DNA from: a bacterium
Lineage (GTDB): Bacteria > Patescibacteriota > Gracilibacteria > UBA1369 > PNNO01
Reading direction: 5' to 3'
DNA length: 64,000 bases
NCBI GenBank assembly: GCA_013824265.1
Contig: PNNO01000003.1
Coordinates: 12,902-76,901 of the forward strand
Each line of letters starts with the position of its first letter. Positions within the stretch are counted from its first letter, which is position 1. The position numbers were made by a program, and so were the translations under genes. The notes beneath the pieces were generated by a model. That model was not told the origin of the DNA, ran no database searches, and was given only the letters and a program-made list of their open reading frames with translations. Positions 58,205-64,000 of this stretch are shown here, piece after piece.

Positions 58205-59596
58205 TTATATGGTTGTTGATACAATACGTTTTTCTTTTGTATGCGTATAAAGGATGACAACTTTTTGTCCCTTTTTAACCGAATTGTTTTTCTCAAGAAT
58301 TTGCTTTATGTCCTCGAGATATTTTTTTCTGCCAACCTTGCCTATAACTATTTCATTTAATCCCCATAACAGAGAAAGTTGATTCTTTGTTTTTTCGCTT
58401 GGGGTTATTACTATAGTAGGGATATAAGATCTGTGTTTTGAAATATATTGTGCTGATTTCCCGGATAAAGTAACAACTATTATGTTTTTTGCATTTGTTG
58501 CTTCCGCAAGCTGGCAGGTCTCGAATCCAAGTGCGTCATAATAATCCACTTTGTCGTTAATTGATCTTACCGGTAAAAGCTGATTATGTTTTTTTAATTC
58601 TTTTTCAACAGTTTGCGCAACTTTTGCAAAAACTTTTACAGCTTTAACTGGGTATTTGCCGACAGCGGATTCGTTCGAAAGCATTATTGCATCCGTGTGA
58701 TCGAAAATTGCATTTGCAGTGTCGCTTACCTCCGCACGTGTTGGCTGAGGACTATCTATCATGGATTGCAACATCTGAGTTGCCGTTATAACCGGCTTGC
58801 CTGCCAAATTACACTTTCTTATCATTTCTTTTTGAACGATAGGTACTTTTTCAGGTCCTATTTCCATTGCCAAATCTCCGCGTGCAACCATTAATGCGTC
58901 CGCAACAGCTATTATTTCATCAAGATTTTTAACAGCCTGCGCTCTTTCTATTTTTGCAATAACTTTTACATTTTTTTCTCCGATAAGTTTTTTTACATCA
59001 AGAACGTCTTTGGCTTCTTTTATAAAAGAAAGCGCTACATAGTCGATTCCGTGCTTAAGTCCGAAAATTAAATCTTTTTTGTCTTTGGCTGTTATTGCAG
59101 CTGTGGTTATGTTCCCGTTTGGGACGTTAATTCCTTTATTCTTTTTTATAACTCCGTCATTTTGGCAGATACAAACAATATCCTTGTTTGTAATTTTTTT
59201 AACTTTCAATTCAATTAATCCGTCATCTATAAGCAGAACCGAATTTCTTTTAACGTCTCTATAAAGATCTTTATATTGAACCGGTATCTTTTTCCCGCTT
59301 TGTTTATCACAAGTTAGGACTATTTCTTCATTTTTTTTAACTTCAATGCCATTGTCGCTTATTGTCCCGATTCTTATTTTTGGACCTTGCAGATCCTGCA
59401 TTATTGCAAGCGGAATATTTAATTTTTTTGCTATTTTACGAATATTTTTAATTAATTCGGCATGATGACTGTAATCACCATGTGAGAAATTTAATCTTGC
59501 TACGTCCATTCCTGCGCGCATCATTTCTTCAAGAATTTTTGTACTCTCTGATGCGGGGCCAAGCGTGCAGACGAATTTTGTGTTTTGTACTCTCAT
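58205..59596 (-). CDS. pyk: Pyruvate kinase
   Basis: TLGPAS, RLNFSHG, DLQGPKIR, AKIE, MVARGDL, TATQML.SM, PTRAE. Confidence 0.97.
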   Translation of the reverse strand: MRVQNTKFVCTLGPASESTKILEEMMRAGMDVARLNFSHGDYSHHAELIKNIRKIAKKLNIPLAIMQDLQGPKIRIGTISDNGIEVKKNEEIVLTCDKQSGKKIPVQYKDLYRDVKRNSVLLIDDGLIELKVKKITNKDIVCICQNDGVIKKNKGINVPNGNITTAAITAKDKKDLIFGLKHGIDYVALSFIKEAKDVLDVKKLIGEKNVKVIAKIERAQAVKNLDEIIAVADALMVARGDLAMEIGPEKVPIVQKEMIRKCNLAGKPVITATQMLQSMIDSPQPTRAEVSDTANAIFDHTDAIMLSNESAVGKYPVKAVKVFAKVAQTVEKELKKHNQLLPVRSINDKVDYYDALGFETCQLAEATNAKNIIVVTLSGKSAQYISKHRSYIPTIVITPSEKTKNQLSLLWGLNEIVIGKVGRKKYLEDIKQILEKNNSVKKGQKVVILYTHTKEKRIVSTTI

Positions 59597-59637
59597 TTAA
59601 ATTGGTTTTTCATTTAAAAAGCAATTAACTTCATTAA

Positions 59638-59646
59638 ATTATACCA
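59638..59646 (-). promoter_or_regulatory. Extended -10 (TGgTATAAT) upstream of pyk
   Basis: Perfect TGnTATAAT about 40 nt upstream of the ATG. Confidence 0.5.
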
Positions 59647-59694
59647 GAAAACTGCGTATTTATTAAGGCCTATAGCTTCTTGATTCTATTTTGC

Positions 59695-61476
59695 TTACTT
59701 AACTGTTACGCTTTTTGCCAGATTACGTGGCATGTCGGGATTATTTTTTCTTAAAACAGCCAATTGATAAGCTAGAATTTGTATTGGAATAATATTTACG
59801 ATAGGGGACGCGGCTCCAACCTCAGGGACTTTTATCCAGTAATCAAAAACATCATTGCTTTCGGGAGAAATCCCGATAATGTATCCTCCTCTTGCCTTTA
59901 CTTCCATGGCGTTGCTTATAATTTCATGCTTTGTTTCATCATTTGCAACTATAGCTATACAAGGAACTCCCTCGTGAATTAAGGCTATGGGTCCATGTTT
60001 AAGTTCTCCTCCGGCAAATCCTTCCGCGTGTATGTATGAAACTTCTTGTAGTTTTATTGCAGCTTCAAGCGCGATAGGGTAGTTAACACCTTTTCCTATA
60101 ACATACATGCTTTCAACATCCTGTATTTTTTGTGCCAATTGTAAGATGTGCTCCTCGTAACGTGGATTTAACATGTCATTTATTTGGCTTGCCGTATTTA
60201 CAAGTAAAATTTTTCCTTCTTCAAGTCTTTTATCAAGAGCATATGCAAGAAGTGTAAGTATCGCGATTTGAGCGGTAGTGGCTTTTGTTGAAGCTACAGC
60301 TTTTTCTGGTCCCGCTTTTATATTGATTGAATAGTCCGAAATTCTGTCCATTGATGATCCTTCAACATTAATTATTGAAAGAACTTTTGCTCCTTTTTTC
60401 TTCGCGACTTCTATAGCCTCAAGTGTGTCCGCTGTTTCACCGCTTTGAGATACCGCAATTACAAGGCTTCTGTCCGTAATGAAATCCTGCAAGCTTGGGA
60501 ATTCTGATCCAAAAGCAACGTTCACGTGTCTTTTTGCTATTTTTGCGAACAGGTATGACGCTGTTAAACAAACTTTTCCCGCCGTTCCGCAACCAACCAA
60601 GTATGTTCCGTATGCATTCTTAATTTCGTCAGCTATTTTCATTAATTTTGTTTCATCCTGATTTATTGCACGGGTTATTGTTTCTTTTTGCTCGGTTATT
60701 TCTTTTATCATGAAATGTGAGAATTCACCTTTCTCGGCGCTTTCCGGATTCCAATCTATTTCAACGATTCTTTTTTCTATCTTCTTGTTGGTTTTTAGAT
60801 CAAAGAATTGTGCATCGTCGTTTATGATTACCATTTGATCGTCATCCAAATACATAACTTTTCGCGTGTATTCCAAAAAAGCCGGGATATCGGATGCTAT
60901 GAAAAATTCCTTTTCTCCTTTTCCTATGATTAACGGAGATCCTCTTCTTGCCGCTATTAATCTGTTATCTTCGGCACACAAAACAAGTATCGCATAACGT
61001 CCCTGTAGTCTTGAAAGAGCCTTTTTTATAGCTTCCACATGACCAAGAGATTTGTACTCCTGTATGAGATGAGCAACCACTTCCGTATCTGTTTCGGATC
61101 TAAATTCATAACCTTTACCCTGTAATTCTTTTTTAAGTTCCGCAAAATTTTCTATTATTCCGTTGTGAACTATGGCTATGCTTTCATCCTGAGAATAATG
61201 AGGATGGGCGTTTGCTTTTGTAACTCCGCCATGAGTGGCCCACCTGGAATGACCCATTGCCATTTGGCTTTCAATTGGAACATTCATTTTTTCTCTAAGA
61301 GTAGATACATCAAACTCACCGATTTTGCCGACTTCTTTGTGTATGCTTATTTTATGATCCGTTTTAAAAGCAACTCCCCAGGAGTCATAACCTCTATATT
61401 CGAGTTTTTTAAGTCCGTTTATAACAAGCTCTGCCGCGTTTGTTTTTTCACCTTTGTAGGCAAATATTCCGCACAT
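59695..61476 (-). CDS. glmS: Glutamine-fructose-6-phosphate transaminase
   Basis: MCGI, LEYRGYDS, HSRWATHG, SQSGETADT, ELKHGP, PRNLAKSVTV. Confidence 0.97.
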   Translation of the reverse strand: MCGIFAYKGEKTNAAELVINGLKKLEYRGYDSWGVAFKTDHKISIHKEVGKIGEFDVSTLREKMNVPIESQMAMGHSRWATHGGVTKANAHPHYSQDESIAIVHNGIIENFAELKKELQGKGYEFRSETDTEVVAHLIQEYKSLGHVEAIKKALSRLQGRYAILVLCAEDNRLIAARRGSPLIIGKGEKEFFIASDIPAFLEYTRKVMYLDDDQMVIINDDAQFFDLKTNKKIEKRIVEIDWNPESAEKGEFSHFMIKEITEQKETITRAINQDETKLMKIADEIKNAYGTYLVGCGTAGKVCLTASYLFAKIAKRHVNVAFGSEFPSLQDFITDRSLVIAVSQSGETADTLEAIEVAKKKGAKVLSIINVEGSSMDRISDYSINIKAGPEKAVASTKATTAQIAILTLLAYALDKRLEEGKILLVNTASQINDMLNPRYEEHILQLAQKIQDVESMYVIGKGVNYPIALEAAIKLQEVSYIHAEGFAGGELKHGPIALIHEGVPCIAIVANDETKHEIISNAMEVKARGGYIIGISPESNDVFDYWIKVPEVGAASPIVNIIPIQILAYQLAVLRKNNPDMPRNLAKSVTVK

Positions 61477-61487
61477 AGTAATTAATT

Positions 61488-62804
61488 TTAAGCCTTATAA
61501 ATATTCATTGCGTGAGGATTGTGCAGGATCTGAGTTCTAATTACTTCATCAGCTTTTTCCTGCTCAATATCAAGTGTCCACTTTTTCCCTGAGGATATTT
61601 TACTAACTCCGGGAATGGAAAAATGTGTTTTTACAGTCTGTAATATATTCTCTCCGACAGTATCTTCTTTGTCGAAAGTAAGATAAGCATTTTTGTTCGT
61701 ATTTTGGCTTTTTACCTCACTAAGTCCATGTTCTTTTTCGTAATCAAAAGCTTTGCCTTCTATGAAAATTGTAGGTATTTCTTTCGCAAGGTTTACAAGT
61801 TCTCCCGATTCTATCAAATCGATTGCGGTTTTAACCGGATCAATTCCGGATTCAAGATTAATCCCAAAATATTTCTGCTTCTTTAATTTCATGTTTGTAA
61901 ATCCAATACTTTTTATTGCATATTCAATTGTTCTTTCCTCATTATCCGTTATCACCGTATCGACAAGTATTTCGAAAGTAGGCTTTTTGTAGTCTAAAAC
62001 AATGTCTTTTACGACTGTTTCACGCTTTGCAACAACAGAGTCTTTTTTTGTTATTGTGAAAGATTTCCCAACATAATCTCTCATGGAATCGAATATTGCC
62101 TGCCCGTTTTTTGTTCTTTCCGGATGAGGCATAAGGGACATAACATTTCCTTCCGGATTGCATATGCCGGCCAAATTCAAAATTGCCCCATTTGGATTTA
62201 CGGGGAACTCATTAACTATGTTTCCGTCTTTATCACAATATTTGAATACAGCTTGTTCGTTATTTTCTATCAATTTAACAAGTTCTTCATCCATGGTGGT
62301 GTATCTTCCTTCCGCATGTGCAACAGGAATACGCATTACATGATTTTGATCATACTTGTTAAACGCGCTTCTTCCTGCGGGAGCCGCATTTTTTATGTAA
62401 ATCCAATCGTTGTAAAATCCGGTTCCAAGAATTTTTCCGTTTTTATCAATACGTTTATTCCATGCCAAAGCCATTTCTACGTGATTTTCATCAAGTCCTG
62501 GAATAAGTTTTGATTCAAGTATTATTTGCGCTCCGTTACAAACTCCAAGTACAGGTTTTCCTTTTGCCGCTTCTTTTTTAATCTTGTCGAGTAGGGGATT
62601 CTTTGATGCTATAACGCCCGATCTGCCTCTGTCTTCATACGAAAATCCGCCCGGAAGAAAGAATCCGTCGAACTCGGAATAATCGGTTTCCGTGTCGTTC
62701 CACATTATCAACTTCGGATCCATGTCCGATCTTTTTAATGCACGCATGGCCTCAAGCTCACAGTTTGTTCCCGGGAACAATATTACGGCAATTTTCGGTG
62801 TCAT
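61488..62804 (-). CDS. purQ: FGAM synthase glutaminase subunit PurQ with C-terminal PurS-like extension
   Basis: FPGTNCE, PGGFSYED, LGVCNG.QI, AHAEGRY, NPNG, MPHPER, followed by about 190 extra residues ending LHNPH. Confidence 0.9.
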   Translation of the reverse strand: MTPKIAVILFPGTNCELEAMRALKRSDMDPKLIMWNDTETDYSEFDGFFLPGGFSYEDRGRSGVIASKNPLLDKIKKEAAKGKPVLGVCNGAQIILESKLIPGLDENHVEMALAWNKRIDKNGKILGTGFYNDWIYIKNAAPAGRSAFNKYDQNHVMRIPVAHAEGRYTTMDEELVKLIENNEQAVFKYCDKDGNIVNEFPVNPNGAILNLAGICNPEGNVMSLMPHPERTKNGQAIFDSMRDYVGKSFTITKKDSVVAKRETVVKDIVLDYKKPTFEILVDTVITDNEERTIEYAIKSIGFTNMKLKKQKYFGINLESGIDPVKTAIDLIESGELVNLAKEIPTIFIEGKAFDYEKEHGLSEVKSQNTNKNAYLTFDKEDTVGENILQTVKTHFSIPGVSKISSGKKWTLDIEQEKADEVIRTQILHNPHAMNIYKA

Positions 62805-62817
62805 ATCTGTTGAAATT

Positions 62818-63885
62818 TTATAGTTCTATAAGTGCATCTTTAAGCTCTTTTGGAGCTTTGGTTATATTTGTATAACCAGCACCAGTTATTATTACCATAT
62901 CTTCTATGCGAACTCCAAAGTTTTTGGGTAGATAAATGCCCGGTTCAATGGTGGTAATCATGTTTTGTAACAACTTCTCGGGTTTTTCGCTCCCCAGATT
63001 AGGAAGTTCGTGAATATCAAGCCCTGTCCCGTGGCCAAGTCCGTGCTGAAAATTTTCTTTATATCCCGCCTTTTCAATTATTTTCATTGCCGCACCTGTT
63101 ATTTTTGATATAAGTACTCCGTTTTTTAAGCTTTTTATTGCTGCTTTTTGGGCATCAAGAACCGTTTGATAAACTTTTGACTGAAGATCGGTTGGTTTCT
63201 TTGTGAAAAAGGTTCTACTCATATCACTACAGTATCCTTTATATTTAACTCCCATATCAATAAGGATTATATCTCCTTTTTTCAGCTTTCTGTCGCTATT
63301 TTGATGGTGGGGGATTGAGCTGTTATTTCCAAAAGCAACTATTGGGATAAAGGATGTTCCGTCCGCCCCAACGGCCCGAATATTCTGAAGTATGAACCAT
63401 TCAATATCTTTCTCTGTGACTCCCGGCTTGATAAATCCAAGTGTTTTTTTAAGAAGTTTCTCGTTTATTTCCTGGGATTTTTTTAAATATTGCAGTTCTT
63501 TAACCGATTTAAACTGTCTTAATTTCTCTATAATTTGTTCCGACTTTATAAGCTTTACTCCTTTTGAAATTTTGCGAAGCCCCAGGAATTGACTGTAAGT
63601 AAGGTAATCTTCTTCAATTCCCAATGAATTTATTTTGTATTTTTTAAGAATACTTGGCCAGTCTGTTTTCCATTTTTTATCTATTTGAATGACTTCGAAT
63701 TCCTTTGGGATAATCTTTTTTGCATATTCCAGATATCGGAAATCCGTGAAGAAACAAGCTTTCTTCCTTGTTATTAAAATAAGTCCTCTGCTCCCGGTAA
63801 AGCCTGTTAAATAGTTAACATTAACGGGATTACTTATGAAAAGAGCGTTATAATTTTTAAACCGCGCTCTGATATTTTTAAGCAT
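62818..63885 (-). CDS. pepP: Xaa-Pro aminopeptidase (M24B)
   Basis: YLTGFTGS, TDFRY, PHH, DMG....GYCSD.SRT, HGLGHG.GL.IHE, TIEPGIY, GVRIED. Confidence 0.92.
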   Translation of the reverse strand: MLKNIRARFKNYNALFISNPVNVNYLTGFTGSRGLILITRKKACFFTDFRYLEYAKKIIPKEFEVIQIDKKWKTDWPSILKKYKINSLGIEEDYLTYSQFLGLRKISKGVKLIKSEQIIEKLRQFKSVKELQYLKKSQEINEKLLKKTLGFIKPGVTEKDIEWFILQNIRAVGADGTSFIPIVAFGNNSSIPHHQNSDRKLKKGDIILIDMGVKYKGYCSDMSRTFFTKKPTDLQSKVYQTVLDAQKAAIKSLKNGVLISKITGAAMKIIEKAGYKENFQHGLGHGTGLDIHELPNLGSEKPEKLLQNMITTIEPGIYLPKNFGVRIEDMVIITGAGYTNITKAPKELKDALIEL

Positions 63886-64000
63886 TTTGAAGGAAGTAAC
63901 GAATTATCTCTTCTTCGTTTTTAATGGTTTCCGGAATATCTTTTAGTCTGTTTATTATTTGATGTCTTCTAAATCCGAGTTTTTCCAAAGCCTTAATTGC
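63878..64000 (-). CDS. ruvA: 3' end of probable RuvA (domain III); 5' part lies outside the window
   Basis: Manual translation AIKALEKLGFRRHQIINRLKDIPETIKNEEEIIRYFLQNA* fits the RuvA C-terminal pattern AL..LG(Y/F)...EE.IR..L; ruvC is nearby. Confidence 0.65.
   Translation of the reverse strand, partial: AIKALEKLGFRRHQIINRLKDIPETIKNEEEIIRYFLQNA

Overview
Low-GC, gene-dense bacterial chromosome segment read with genetic code 11 (TGA is a stop, e.g. rpoD and the ATGA/TGATG overlaps at 57675 and 8987). It is mostly housekeeping genes with little operon logic. Features pointing to Patescibacteria/CPR, most plausibly a Peregrinibacteria-like lineage (inference only): MurE lacking its N-terminal domain, archaeal-type triosephosphate isomerase, membrane H+-PPase, RibL-like nucleotidyltransferase, AT-rich leaders without obvious Shine-Dalgarno sites, and a de novo purine gene. 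Recognisable genes: hppA (partial), rel/spoT-family, recO, ftsX, gatC/gatA, holA, tpiA, hpf, riboflavin kinase, murE, truB, wecA/tagO-like, dnaG-rpoD-greA, lgt-like, pyrG, trpS, priA, an RND pump with adaptor, tRNA-Arg(UCG), secDF, manC-like, gpmI, pilD, ruvC, pyk, glmS, purQ, pepP and ruvA (partial). No CRISPR array, transposase, integrase or rRNA was seen. The most unusual items are: (1) a SecD-SecF fusion with parvulin (PPIase) domains and two extra TM helices inserted; (2) a promoter-to-terminator ~9.7-kb three-gene unit encoding a giant protein with a beta-barrel-like segment, a cohesin-like membrane protein and a Cys-paired secreted adhesin-like protein; (3) a PurQ-PurS-PurS-like fusion; (4) a triple-repeat orphan gene with a consensus promoter abutting the tRNA; (5) apparently degenerate active sites in the Rel hydrolase domain and in Lgt.
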